From: Dicyema japonicum
Lineage: Eukaryota > Animalia > Dicyemida
Direction of reading: 5' to 3'
Assembly (NCBI GenBank): GCA_011109175.1
Contig: RDEW01000045.1
Span: 45,067-109,066 of the forward strand
DNA length: 64,000 nucleotides
A program made the position numbers and the translations under genes. The notes beneath the pieces were generated by a model. The model worked only from the letters and a program-made list of their open reading frames with translations, was not told where the DNA came from and did no database searches. Below are positions 1-12,499 of this stretch, piece after piece. How positions within the stretch are numbered: position 1 is the first letter of the stretch; every line of letters starts with the position of its first letter.

Positions 1-104
1 TTGCGGGATAGGGAGTTTGTGACTTTTTTCAAACACTTCAAGTGAGCAATGCCACCACGTAGGCGAGTCACACGGCATGAAATTCCGTAAATAATATTAT
101 AATT

Positions 105-1078
105 ATTACCTATAGGATCACTGGGTCAAAGAGAAAGAAATAAAAGTTCTCATCTAACTAAGTGATCCCAGACCGACAAGGGAGAGGACGAGTTTGGTGG
201 GGTCGAGAATTGTGAACAGCTTTTCTTATTGGACATGACATTGGCTCAAAATATCTGTATGATTGTAAATATTTCGATAGTGTACGGAATAGAGGGCAGC
301 TCGATAAACTAGCCTCCTTTAAGTGTTTCCATTGTAATTCGACTAAGAGATTTGGGCTGGATTTTGTGTCTGGACCAATTATCCTTATTGTGGTCTCCTC
401 GATTGAGGATAGTTTCAATGAGGAAGATCTTGAAATCTACATTGCCCATGAAGGAAATACATACGTCATCGTGGGTCGGATAAATTGTTCATAAATCGTG
501 ACAAGGCCACCAGTTTGTTCTCTAAGTGTTTTTGAGAGCACTTTTAAAATTCTCATTTTGCTCAAAGCAGAAGTTATTATGTTCCCAACATGTCGGATAA
601 AGGTCCCTGATCAAAGGTGACTCCCAGAATCTTCGGTGTTTTGTTAATATGAATAGCCTCGTTCTTCATAAAGATTTGTGGTTCGACTCAGAGATGTCTT
701 TTGTAAGTGGTAAAGAGCGTGACAGAGGACTTTGTTGCTGATGCGTCGAGTCTCCGCTTCGAGAGCTATAGTTCCAGCTTGTCAAGCATTTGTTGAGCGG
801 ACTGAGTCGCTGTTTGAATGCTTCTGTCCTTGGAGGTAAGAATGATATCGTCGGCATGGGAGAGGATTAGGCAGTTTTCATTACAGGTTTGTGGCATGTC
901 GTTTATGTAGAGATTGAAAAGGGCTGGCGATAGTGGGGATCCTTGAGGGACTCTATTTGGTATGAGACGAGATTTTGACTTTATGTTATTGCAAATCACT
1001 TGTCCACGTCTCCCACTTAAGAAGTTGGCAATCCATAGTTTTATGTTTGGGTGGATGCATGTGATCTTGTCCAACAGT
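105..1078 (-). mobile_element. Jockey-like APE non-LTR retrotransposon (family A), 5'-truncated: RT C-terminal part plus 3' UTR
   Basis: ORF 766-1074 has RVPQGSPLSPALFNLYINDM and HADD RT motifs. The 3' UTR (about 113-185) is near-identical to 22960-23030 and similar to 38665-38735. Confidence 0.9.
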
Positions 1079-1989
1079 CTACTATTAGTCTACTATTATC
1101 TACTATTATCTTAACTGTACTTGGATTTTTCTATCAACTTTAAGTGCCTCACATACTTTGTGCAATTTAGAAGATACAATCTGAAGTCAGTGAGTAAAGA
1201 ATAAGAATGACTTTGTATCGATGCCAAGTATCCTCCATCCATGGGATATATCTTCTACATTTAATTGAAAAGAAATCTATAGGAAACTCATTCCCTTCAG
1301 AGTATCACTTCCAATGATTATGTCGAAATATGTGTCGATACAAAGATCTCAACTGTGGTTATAAGATGATTTATCGCTCTAAGAAAAAGAACCAAATATA
1401 ATTTATTGAAATTAGACTTATTCTAACACACAATCTAAAATATGTCGAAGTAGAAAAACATGCACGTGGGTGATTTGAAAAATAATTCACAAATCATGCC
1501 GATTGTACTTACCCTGGATAGGATCTACATTTTTTATATATGGGGGTCCTTCAGATCAAAGAAAATGTTAATTATATATTCAGACAGTAGTGGTAAAAAA
1601 GCACTCGAGATCATGTTCGTGGGATGTAAACACAGTTTTGGGAATATCCTCAATTCTGTGACCATGAGCAGCATTACTATAATAACTCACTTTCGGTTAT
1701 GTAAATTGATAGAGAAATTTGTATAGACCACAATTAAATATGCTGAATCATGCTTCTCTGCAGCAGTAAAAATTGTAATAAATGGACTAAAATCGAGAAT
1801 TTGACTTGTTAAGCGTTAGTCAGATTGTTGAATAGTAAATTTAATTAACTATTAACATTTTTGGTTTTTAAACTATTTTGATCAAACAGGAATCGCATCA
1901 AACTGATATAAGAACCCACTAAATGTGAGAACCACAATATTCAAATGTTACATTAATTTTCTTGCGTATGGACTTGGGTGCTCCAGCTA

Positions 1990-2200
1990 ATAAAGCAATG
2001 TAGGATTACTAAATGAGACAGGGACCGTGTTTTCGTGGACGCCGGCGTATTACACTGCCAGAAACAATTGATGGAGATCTAAAGCTCGTGAACAAACGTC
2101 TAAGAAGTGGGGACGACCTGGACGAGCAGAGGAAATCTCTTACGATCGAGGAGGTTGGAAGAAGTTGGTTAGGAGGATTGTTTTGAATGCTGCACGAGTG
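1990..2200 (+). mobile_element. RTE-like LINE 3' fragment
   Basis: Translates to FRGRRRITLPETIDGDLKL, the RTE ORF2 C-terminal motif also seen at 10460-10560, 7590-7700 and 57550-57700. Confidence 0.75.
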
Positions 2201-2229
2201 AAATTATAACTATTATGATTTTACGAATG

Positions 2230-2700
2230 TTGCTTATAATAATATTATTTATTTTTTATAATGTTATATTAAAAATGCTATTAAATAGACCGATTATCAA
2301 ATCCAACACATTCATCAAGTTATACTGAAAATTTTGTTTTTGTGAAATTATAATAATGAATGTTCAGATCTTAAGACATCTCGTCACGTCTATTTTTAGC
2401 AATTTGGAAAATTGGCTTTTTGCAGTTGTACATAAATATAAAAGCCTGAATAGCTTGAGGTCTTGTAAGTATCTATTATTGAAGTTAATTTTATCCTTTT
2501 CTTATAGTATTGCTTTAGATTTCTAAAAAATCAGAATATTTGAAGATGCATGCGTTTTGCGTGTTCTAATTGCGAGATGGCTTCATCGTTTTCTTAGAAA
2601 AATCCGCACCACATTGTAAACACAAAGGATAAGTGGATCCTTTGGATTTTGAATAAAACAATGAAATAATCGATTCTCATTATATTATCTTTTTGTTTAA
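2230..2700 (-). mobile_element. hAT (Buster/ZBED5-like) transposase relic, N-terminal part
   Basis: Degenerate translation gives RRDEMS...FSI*LDECVGFDNRSI, resembling the Buster-type RRIDEMS...FSIQLDESTD motif. Many stops. Confidence 0.6.
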
Positions 2701-2764
2701 CAGCTTTGCACGCTTATTTTTAATTATTTAAAATAAATTTAATTTTAAATTTAATAATAATAAT

Positions 2765-3090
2765 ATTAATAATAAAGCACATCCGTGTTGTCATAAGCAC
2801 GTAAGATGCCTAGGGTTTCGCTCGTGCAGCACACACACTTTATTTAAGTAAAGATCAGTTATTATAACTAATCGTAAAGGGAGAACCAAGGAATGCTCTT
2901 CACTTCTTTTTTTTCTTGTGTGTATGTCCTTTTGACTATCCAGTTCCGCAGTGAATCCCCACTGATAACGGCGTCACTCTTCAAGTCCTTTTCGCATCGT
3001 ATATGCGTGGAGCCTTCCACCAGGTCAACAGCAGCGAGAATCGAACTCGTGACCTAAGCCACTTTAGCCCGACACCTAACCACTATGCCA
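2765..3090 (-). mobile_element. tRNA-derived SINE (family S1) with RTE-LINE-derived 3' tail
   Basis: Head TGGCATAGTGG (A box) ... GAGTTCGATTC (B box, 3038-3048). Body shared with 9286-9543 and 44140-44280. Tail ACGAGCGAAACCCTAGGCATCTTACGTGCTTATG matches RTE 3' ends at 7741-7800 and 59445-59500. Confidence 0.85.
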
Positions 3091-4079
3091 ATTTTAAATA
3101 TATCAAATTAAAAAATCAGTAATTAAAAAATCGCCACCTGGCATAAAAATCGCCCCTTGGTGAGAAACACATGCTTATATGATTCTTTGCTATTGACTCA
3201 TTACCTTGTTGCTAATTAACCAGTTCTAACTGAGAGAGCTGTCCAAGGATGATTTTCTTTTGAATTGGTGTAAGAAAATGATTATTTTTACTGTGCGACT
3301 AAATCCACAGTTGGGGCGCCACCAGGAACGGCGAAAGACATGACACGCTCTAACTTGCAAAAGAATTCTAATTAACATGTAGTTTAACTAGTCGAATATT
3401 TAATGAATATTTATATTTTTCTATTTTTTTATTGTGCTGTTAAATAATAAACTTTACATGAAACTAAAGCTAAGTTGTTATCTTTGATTTATTTTAAATT
3501 ATTCCGTGAATTCACGAAGATTTAAAAAACGCGCAAAAATTTGACGCAGACAATTCTTAAATTACACTTTCAGGGGAACTATAGGTACCGAGTGTCACCT
3601 CAGCGAGTGGAATAAACTGCATTACATTGAGTAAATCAGTAGTCTTCATCCTCTTCGACAATTCGGCTATATAGTGGCCTAGCTGATTCTATACTCACTC
3701 TGAAATACGTTACATGTACATAATATGTCACGGTTAAATGGTGTGCCTTTGCCAATGGTGATCCTCGACTTCTACCAATTTTGAGAATAAAATGTAAACT
3801 GCTATTATTATCGAGATCGAAAGAGAAACCTAAACTGGGAGAAGGTTTCCAGAGAAATTCAACTAGAAACGTGTAGACTGGAAACTTTAGCGTCACTTAC
3901 TGACAAACTACTGCAATATCTTTACCCGAATAGGTGTACTTCCATGTACAAAGAGTCACTTATTTTACCTCACTTATGGAAGATTGGAAATCATCCTATT
4001 TTGAATTCTATATACTACAAGTACATTGAAAGATGCACTTCTTTGACAAATGTTTTCAAGATCGAAGCTAGCCAAAAAA

Positions 4080-4290
4080 GAGCATCCAAAATAACGGAAC
4101 GATAGACCTCTGGATAGCCTCAGTCTCCAATGCCTCTGGAATCCTTAATACTTAAGAACATAGGAACGTGCCATTGTGACTACAAAGATACAGTTATTAG
4201 GCGATACGTGCTTGTATGGGATCGAGGGAGGAGATTTGTGTAAGTTGAGGTCACTTTTAGAGCGTGTTGAGATCAGTTAGTTTGGTGTTA
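4080..4290 (+). mobile_element. Probable jockey-like LINE 3' fragment
   Basis: Ends in GATCAGTTAGTTTGGTGTTAAA, resembling the family B LINE 3' end at 12340-12380. Degenerate. Confidence 0.4.
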
Positions 4291-4543
4291 AAGAGGTTTT
4301 TGGCATTAAAAAAATATGTTCTATTTTTGAAGATGTCTTTTGAGGATATAAAATACACAGAGAAGACGAACATTTTTTTATTTAAAAGTTGCATTTATTA
4401 ATTATAAGTTTTTGAAAAAAATCGAACGAGGTTCATCATGGCACTGTTACACCATTGGATTGTGACATAATATTATGTGTGATTAACCAAAAATTATTAT
4501 TAGATAATTAGTAATTTTGATTAATAATTGTTAGACAAGTAAT

Positions 4544-5362
4544 CTAATTAAGACCCTAAATTATAATTTATATATTGTACCAGGAAAAGAAGAGAGGTGT
4601 AAATCCAGAATTTAGCTGCATTTGACTCATTATTGGTCGTACTAAGGCACCCCCATTTGTTTTCTAGTGCAGGCACAGTGGCGATTGATAAATCTGACAC
4701 GTGTCTCAAAATTAAATAATTTTATACGCATTGGGAATAACACGAGCAATCATTAAACATTTTTTATTGCAATCACTTTCAGCATCCTCGATGTGTTTAA
4801 ATCCAAGTACATGGAATAACTCATGAGACATAACTTCTGATGTCAATTCATCGTTGTGTTTTTGCAAAACAATTGCCACTGCTCGAGTTGAGCAAACAGT
4901 TTTTAGCAATGCGATTCCTGCGTACTGAACATATGACTCTCTTGGTATTAGCTTCAATAATTACGTAAAGAATAAAACTGCGTCTACTCCACGAAAATAA
5001 CCGATAGACATTGCATGTAGAGAAGTGGTATAAGGATTACTTGATGTAGTTTCTTTAGTGAAGTATATTTTTTTAAGTTTTAATTCAATTTCTATTGCGT
5101 TAAAAAACTAATTATTATCAATTGTTTACTCTTTGAGACAATATGAACAATTTATTTGTGTACTCTCTCATTTGGTCTTCATTATAGTTGAAACCTTTTT
5201 GCTATATGTAAAATATAAAATGAAAACATATCCATCATCAATAACAGTTGCAACCAATAATTTTCTTAAATATTCCCAGTTATCTAAAATTGTATCAAAA
5301 TAGATTACCAAAGATAGAAAAAAAATAATGAGTAAAATAGAAAATTTATTTCTTTCCAACAT
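4544..5362 (-). CDS. Minimal reprolysin-family (M12B, ADAM/SVMP-like) zinc metalloprotease, signal peptide plus catalytic domain plus hydrophobic C-terminus
   Basis: Splicing five 22-26 nt GT-AG introns gives one open frame: MLERNKFSILLIIFFLSLVIYF...LLVATVIDD...DAVLFFT...YAGIALLKTVC...MSHELFHVLGFKH...CLM (Met-turn)...ENKWGCL...NNESNAAKFWIYTSLLFLGLN*. Last intron is 4580-4556, stop TAG at 4546-4544. Confidence 0.8.
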
Positions 5363-5599
5363 TGCAAAAATCGTTTAAAAATTCGTTTATAAGGAAAAAT
5401 ATTCAGCATTTATTTTTGAAGCGTGTAATATGACTTTGGGTTATTTGATTCCATTAAAATTTTTGCTTAATTCTAATGTTATGCTTGTCTTTTAGATGTT
5501 TTAATAGCACTTTGGTATTTTGAAATTTATTAAACATAGAAAGAAACTTTTATTATAAAAAGTGGGTAAAAACTCTATATTAGATCGATAGAGTCGAAG

Positions 5600-6217
5600 A
5601 ATCGGCCTGCAACCGTCAATGCTGGAAAAACCTAGTGGAATGATAATCATGTGTATGGCACGTGTATGTACTTCATTATTATATTAGACATTTTTTTCAT
5701 ATGACAGTGTTAATAATCGTAGCAATAATAGAATTAGACTATCTAGGGTAACAAATTTGTTATTTTTCTTTTGAGTGTGTTTTATCCTTTACAATCATCC
5801 TCTTGCATTCTGCACAAAAGGATTCACAAGGAGAGCGTCATATGTAATGTTCATGAGTGTTCTCTTAAACGAGCTTTTTTTTAATATATAATTGGATTTT
5901 TTTATTTACTTCCAAGTGTCTTAAATACTCATTATGCAATTGATAAAATTCGAAGTATCACATAAAGAATAACATGGACTCGTATTAATCAATGTCTTAT
6001 ACATCCATGGGTTGTAGCTTCCATTTGTATGGGATCGATTAACGGTGCAGTTTGCTGACTCAGGATACAAATAGTTGGTCGGTGAAGGGAGTCGGTGAAA
6101 CATATCTTTAATTATCATTATTAAAAGCACTTTCACAGAACCAAAAAACGATATATTAACTAAGGTCCCGTTTGTGGCACACGTAACGAGATTTGTTTCA
6201 GTAGGCGTCTCCATCAC
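5600..6217 (-). CDS. Possible Cys-rich coding region of unknown identity, next to an RTE fragment
   Basis: 98-aa ORF 5921-6217 with several Cys and N-x-S/T sequons, and a further Cys-containing segment near 5790-5830. No family recognised. Confidence 0.25.
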
Positions 6218-6530
6218 CCAATTCTTTGCGCATCTGCCCGTAGATCTAAGTTTTCTGCAGATTTAAGTTTTCTTCCAATTCCATTAAGATTCATGTTCAG
6301 AGCCACGGGTAGAGTGACTCTGGGTCTTTCTCTGAACGATGGTTTGTTCTCATTGTTGAAATAATTGTGTATTATTATATTTGCAGGAAAGTTTATTTCC
6401 ATTCTAAGCACGTGCCCAAACATTCTCTATCTTGGTTCAATAATGTCGATGCTTATGGGCCTCGATTGTGCCACGGAGTATAATTTCTTATTTGAAATCT
6501 TCTTGGGCCAACCTAGGCCCATTAAATTGC
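6214..6530 (-). mobile_element. RTE-like LINE 3' fragment
   Basis: ORF 6214-6423: FGHVLRM...FRERPRVTLPVALN. Confidence 0.8.
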
Positions 6531-6999
6531 GTAATTGTTTCGATGAAATATATCAATTTTCTTGAGCTCTTGCTGAGTGATATATCTATAATGGCTTTTA
6601 GACGATAATGTTAATTACTCAAAATTAACTTGAAAACTCATTTAACAATTTAATCATCCATAATTAATTGAGTTCCTTAAAATAATTTTTATAATTCATG
6701 ACAAATGATTTATGAAATAGTTGTTCTCATATTTAAACGAATTAACTAAGGTTTTTCCATAATAACAATAATTGTTAAGGATTCAAGTATTCCCAGGAAT
6801 AATTTGTTTACACGTGTTCTACATCGCATAATCTTCCTTTTAAGTTTAGCTTAGTGTAACGTTAAATATTTTCATAAAAATTATAAATAAAATCCAACAG
6901 TAAATATGTCCGCTTATTAAATAATTTTTGAATTGACGCAGAAGAAACGTATCATACTGAGGTTTAAAAATGAAATTGACTTATCAAAGGGAAATGCAT

Positions 7000-7490
7000 T
7001 TAACAGATTTGTCACCTTGTAGTTGGAAAATTCAAAGACTACAGTATTTAAAAAAACTGACTTTCTGAAATTAGGAGATGATAGCGACGATTTTAATGCA
7101 TCGTAAAATTTTTTTATTTGAGTTGGATTTTTTTCGAAACTTAATGAGGTTAGTAGAAATTAAGACTATTTTTAAGTATCTTTGATGTTACAAAGTAATT
7201 ATGTAACAATAATAAAAAATGTTAAAAAAATAATAAAATCACGATTTGCTAAATTTTTATATTTTTAGTGGATGATTGATCCATTCAAATCCATAATTTT
7301 AAACTCTGATTTCAAATTAGAGATCTCAAAATTAATACATCTTATGAAATTAACTTTCAGAATATCTCAGTTTTAGCAGAATTTGAAGAATAAAATTTGT
7401 AATTCGATCTCTAAGATAATTTTGTACTTTCAAACTTCATATCTTTTTGAGAGTGGATTCAGCTCACTTAATTATTTATGACAAGTAATT
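7000..7490 (+). mobile_element. hAT (Buster-like) transposase C-terminal relic
   Basis: IILYFQTSYLFESGFSSL near 7420-7470 matches the hAT dimerisation motif LLPFxTTYLCESGFS. Confidence 0.6.
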
Positions 7491-7805
7491 ACCTCACGCT
7501 GGCGACTTTTCGGTTCTGAGAATGGACGAAGTGATTCCTTGCATCAGATCATGGAAGATTACTATTCAAATCACGGAATTGGATTTCGGGGTCGGCCAAG
7601 ATGTACGCTTCCCCTCTGCCTGAATAACGATTACGAATTGGTGGTCAACTCAAAACTAGAGACGATCTTGAGGATATTCGTAAACGCTAGAGGAACAGAG
7701 CCAGATGGAGAAGGCTAACTGGGAGGATAGTCGAATGTACGGTACGAGCGAAACCCTAGGCATTTTACGTGCTTATGGCAACGCGGGAGTGCTATTAACT
7801 AACTT
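7490..7805 (+). mobile_element. RTE-like LINE 3' end
   Basis: SRWRL...GFRGRPRCTLPLCLN...AKP* followed by a short 3' UTR. Highly similar to 59220-59505. Confidence 0.85.
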
Positions 7806-8779
7806 TGGTGAAGGAAATAAAATGAAAGTTTGTGAAGTGAAATTCGACTTCAGTTAAGTCGAATCAAGCCTGATATTGAGTTGTTGGCTTAAAGTCATCA
7901 CTAATGGCTCATAAAGAACATTGGTTTTGAACTATTCTGGACTAGATCAGTTGCTCAGAGTCGCAGAAGAAAAAATGTACATAAAGCATATAAAAAATGA
8001 AATATTTGGATTTTGTGGAGGATCCAGTATCGACGAAGGCTTGCTTCGACAAGATGCAAGCCTTGTTGAGACAGAGGGTCGAAATGGCCGTGATCAGTGG
8101 AACCAAGCCTCTTGACTAGAAAACTTTGCTTGTTTTTTTCAAAAATGAAAATTTTTTGAGTGATATATTTTTTAAATTATATGTATTGTCACAGTCCTAT
8201 TAATTAATCCGCGAATAAATTAATTGTTGTTTGCAAATTAAATTAAAAATATGAAATTTCAAAATTTTCATTGGATGTTAAAATATGTCACAGTCGAGAG
8301 CTGCGAGACGTCAGAGCAGCGAGGTTTTAAAAATATTAATATTTGTTAATAAAAAAAATACATTTCTGAAGTTTTTTAATATCTCAAATTATTATTAAAT
8401 ATCTCAAATTATTAATTTTTCCATATTATTTTGGAGATCGTGATTTCCTGCAAACCAACATCCCATCAGAATTATCGATTGAATGTAACATTTTGTTATT
8501 TTATTTGGAAAATGGTTGACCAAACTATTTTTAACGATAAAATTTATAATACATTATTTTAATTTTTAATTTAGTATCTGGCTTACGCAGAGGGTCGGAA
8601 TCTGTAAAGCAGCATTAAAGTAGAACATATTTCCTTGCTATCTCCCTTTCCTATATAAATTAATTTTTCATTTAGTATTTTGTTTATATGCTGCGGTATC
8701 TCTGACACAAATATTTCAAAGAACACAAACCAAAAATTAAAAGAATTAAAATTATCATAGCTTTTTGATCCGGCTTATA

Positions 8780-10000
8780 TGTATGGTGTTAATTTCTTTA
8801 TCTTAATCTAGAATTGTGATCATTTCTCATTCAGAATTCGTTACTGTATAATTTTTCGTTGAAATTTGGTATTATAAAGGGTATTTTCCATTAGCGGCGT
8901 TTGCTTCCCCATCGTGGCGTATTAAAATTCCGTCACCATCTTCAATTTCGTCATATTTCAATCTTCTACGGTTTTTCATTTTTTTCGCATGATTTGACAA
9001 TTTTTTCCAGGGCGAATCTTTGTTTTTTTTGTCCCTCTAAATTTTTTTTGTGGCGGTGAAGAATGTACTAATACTTCCTCGTTTTCATTTTGACCGTCAA
9101 AATCTAGTAGCGCTTCTAATTCCTTTTTTTCATATTTTTTTAGAAAGATTCACATTAAAAAATTCAAATTGTCTCTGTTTTGTTGTATCGTGGACAGCAT
9201 GGTTATCACCGCGAACAAAGTCTTTTATCAAATTGATATGTTCGCACTTTCGGATGAGCCATATCAGTTATCAATCCCCACAGGCAGAGCACACACTTTA
9301 TTTTAAGCAGAGAACTGTTAATATCGAGGGAGGATCAAGGAATACTCTTCACTTCTTTGTTTTCTTTTTCTTGGATGTATGTCCTTTTAGACTATCCAGT
9401 TCCGCAGTGAATGTCCACTGAAGACAGAATCACTCGTCAAGCCATTTTAGCATCGTAGATGCGTGGAGCCTTCCACTAGGTGAACTGCACCGAGAATCGA
9501 ACCCGTGAGCTAAACCACTTTGCCCGACACCTAACCACTATGCTTATCAATTTGATATAGCATCCAAAATTGCCTCTCGATGCACTCGCCGATGAGATCC
9601 ATCTTTATTGATTAAATCTATTGACATTAAACAAAAAAAATCCGTTCGACTTGTCCCTGTATCATGGAGCTCGTGGTCGTCCCGAATCGTGGGAAATATT
9701 GTATTTTTTCGAAAAGTTGTTCCATATGGAAATTTTTGAATTCCTTTCCATTATCTGTACGGAGAAAATTGGAGATCCAATTATGCAAAAAATTCCATTC
9801 AGGATTCGGCAAATCTCATTTGCAGATCTGCTAACGGCACTTTCTACCGCACCAAATTTTGAAAAAGAATCAATTAAAACAAAAATCTGTTAATTATACT
9901 GCAAAATAATTACCCAGGAATAATTTTCATTTTGTGTTGAATATCGCCTTAAATCGTCAAGATCTACAATGCATCGGTCTCTCGGTCCACAGACAATAAT
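8780..10000 (-). mobile_element. Ginger/TDD-like DDE integrase transposon relic, with a SINE inserted
   Basis: RCIVDLDDLRRY...LIDSFSKF...TDNGKEFKN...IQGQVER (rve core with the D, D, E residues). C-terminal part at 8880-9060. Confidence 0.75.
9286..9543 (-). mobile_element. tRNA-derived SINE (family S1), nested in the integrase relic
   Basis: GCATAGTGGTTAGGTGTCGGGC...GGGTTCGATTC head. Aligns over about 250 bp with 2840-3090. Confidence 0.85.
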
Positions 10001-10149
10001 AGGCTTAATTATTGGTTTAGTCGCAAGCATTCGTTTAGACTAGAATTGTTAGAATTAATAATTTACATTTAACACATTTAGAAACCACAGCCACTTCACT
10101 ACGTCTTGCACCATAAATGGTAAGTGACAATTATCTACATAATTTATTT

Positions 10150-10390
10150 TCATCGGCTCAAAAAATCAACATGACTCTATTCACCTCCGACTGGCTGTCC
10201 AAGAAGAACCAGAAATCTTCATCGGACATACTCGGATACCTGTCACATGAAACCCCTCAATCCTGGGAGTGACATACGACAGGCAGCTAAATTTTACCTA
10301 CCATGCCAAACAAGTCTTCACCAAAGGACTACAGAAATTGAATATCACACGGGCCCTCATCCAGAAGACCCCAGCGAATATGAATAAAGC
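10150..10390 (+). mobile_element. Jockey-like LINE RT fragment
   Basis: ILGVTYDRQLNFTYHAKQVFTKGLQKLN. Confidence 0.75.
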
Positions 10391-10459
10391 AATCGGAATT
10401 GGAAGACGCACAGGCTTCGGATGGCACGTTTGGTTGCGGAAACTGGGATCACCTAAACT

Positions 10460-11705
10460 AGATCGTCCCCGTCTTTAAGGCACTTTCCAATCCTCTGAGA
10501 TCTTCATCTAGAATAACCGGCAGTGTTGTCCTCGGCCGGCCGCGGAAACGAGAAGCTTCTAAGACAAAATACTCCTCCATTGCTATGTTGGCAGGGGTCC
10601 CCATATCGTGGCGGAGTATGTGTCCAAACAGCCTCCATCTTGAGTCAGTAATATCACATGATTTTGGCTCAGTTCCTGTTCTCTTGTATATGATTTCGGA
10701 CGGCATTTTAAAAAAGCTTTGGAAAAAAGGAGTGCTCGGAGATGACTTCTGTGAAAAAAATTCAACTTTTCGAGTTCCTGCCCTGTATATGCCCATGTAC
10801 CGGTATTATATAATTGGATTGGCCTCACTAGGGCATTGTATAGTTTCATTCGAGTTTTAGGTCAAGCCCTTTGTGCAGAAGCCAGGTCTTCTTCATTTTG
10901 TTGAAAGCGACATTAGTTAGTGTCTTCCTTCGTGTTGTATCTTCGGTGTCACCGAGAAGGGATCCTAGTTTTTTGATCTACGCCAGTGTTCCTCGGTCCT
11001 TTCCTCACTTCTTTTTAGCTCCGTGATTTCGGTTTTGTTTGTGTTTACTTTTAATGACCACTCAGCCATTTTATCAGGCATTTTCTCCAAAAGTGCAATT
11101 AACTCTTATTTGTTATTCAAAATAAAGTCCACGTCATCTGCATATGCTATTATGCTCTTTCCTTCTCCGATATGAGGCTTCAAGTCTCGTAGAGCTGCCT
11201 CCAGATAAATAATACACAAAATCGGGGATAATGGATCTCCTTGAGGGGTCCAATTGCCGTTTCAAATGTCCTCGAAAAAGCTTTCCCAGTCCTGACTATA
11301 AAACTCGTGTCCGTAAAGAGTTTCCTGACCATCCTAATCGTTGAGCCTTCCAAGAAGTGCTCCAGTATTTGCAGCAGCTTGTTCCGGTCGACGGAATCAA
11401 AAGTCTTTGACATATCAATTCCCAGAATGGTTGTCGTTATTTTAAATTTTTGAACAGTCGCTCTTTTCCATTTGTGGCTCCATATAACATTTGACGTTGA
11501 TCTCTTTTTGCGGAAGCCACTTTGATAAGCCGACAGGTAAGAGTCTAGGCGTCCCTTCATTTTTTGAAACGTAATATTGGCTAGTATCTTCCGTAATGTG
11601 TTGGTTAATACCACTGGTCTTAGGTTCTCAACTTTCCCCGATTTTTTGTTTGGCTGGTGTTCTCCTATGCAGATAATATTATGTTGGCTTCACGAGATCA
11701 GAACA
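10460..11705 (-). mobile_element. RTE-like LINE, RT plus C-terminus, degenerate
   Basis: LRPVVLTNTLRKIL, YQSGFRKKRST, DMSKTFDSV, AYADD (about 11135), KLYNALVRPIQLYNTGTW, RWRLFGHILR, FRGRPRTTLP. Confidence 0.92.
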
Positions 11706-12397
11706 TCCAAAAGGCCACAGAAAGAATACAAATTAACCTGGACATGCTTAATGCCTAGATAATAGAAAACCGGCTCGTGGTGAATGCAGAGAAGTCGTCT
11801 ACGTCACTTTTTTACCTCTGACAAAAAATTGGGAAGGAAGACAGTCACCTTGAAATTAAACAAGGTCGGCATCCCTTTCAACAGATGTCAAAGGATTTTG
11901 GGTGTGACAATTGATATGCATGTCTGTCTGACACCACACGTAGAAAACATTCTATTGAAATGGGAGAAGAAACTGAACGTATTGAAAAATTTTTCGGGAA
12001 TATAGAAGAGTGGTACTCACCCAGTTCTAATGAACGTGTACAAACAGTACATCGAGCCATGTTTCTCATATGCATGTGCCTCGTGAAGACCGTCCATATC
12101 TTGGACAAATATAAGGAAAATTGAGGAAATGCAAAAGAGTGCTTGCAGAGTAACAGAGCGTTGGATTTGTGAAGATCACCGAATCGGACCTACGCCTCTA
12201 GAGGTCCTTATGAGACAAGACTCCAGATCACAGGAAGGTGGCCCTGAAAATTCAGTCAGCCGTCCTGTACGTTCATGCGCGGACACGAAGGAAGAACACC
12301 TGGCAAAGATGAGGTCTCTGTTGGAATGCATCGGAATCACGTAAGAATTAGTTTGGTTTTACCGTGGTCTTGGGTTAAATAAAAAAATAAAAAAAAC
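11705..12397 (+). mobile_element. Jockey-like LINE (family B) 3' part with A-rich tail
   Basis: ILGVTIDMHVCLTPHV...MQKSACRV. The 3' end ACCGTGGTCTTGGGTTAAATAAAAAA closely matches 59555-60170 (minus strand). Confidence 0.9.
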
Positions 12398-12499
12398 GGG
12401 GAGAACGTTTCTGTGAACACATGGTCGAATTCTACTGCGTAATCTATTTCGTGATAGTCTCATAAACTATGTGGTCTGTTGGAAAAAGAGATTATTTAT

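Noticed and set aside
3030-3090. tRNA gene at the A/B-box sequences (also 9480-9543 and 44150-44170)
   Set aside because: No complete cloverleaf or acceptor stem, and the sequence continues into a shared repeat body, so these are SINE heads.
3636-3896. PDZ-domain gene (KPSPSLGFS...FILKI...GSPLAKA)
   Set aside because: The first half is PDZ-like, but the GD motif and a spliceable start or end could not be found, so it is not supportable.
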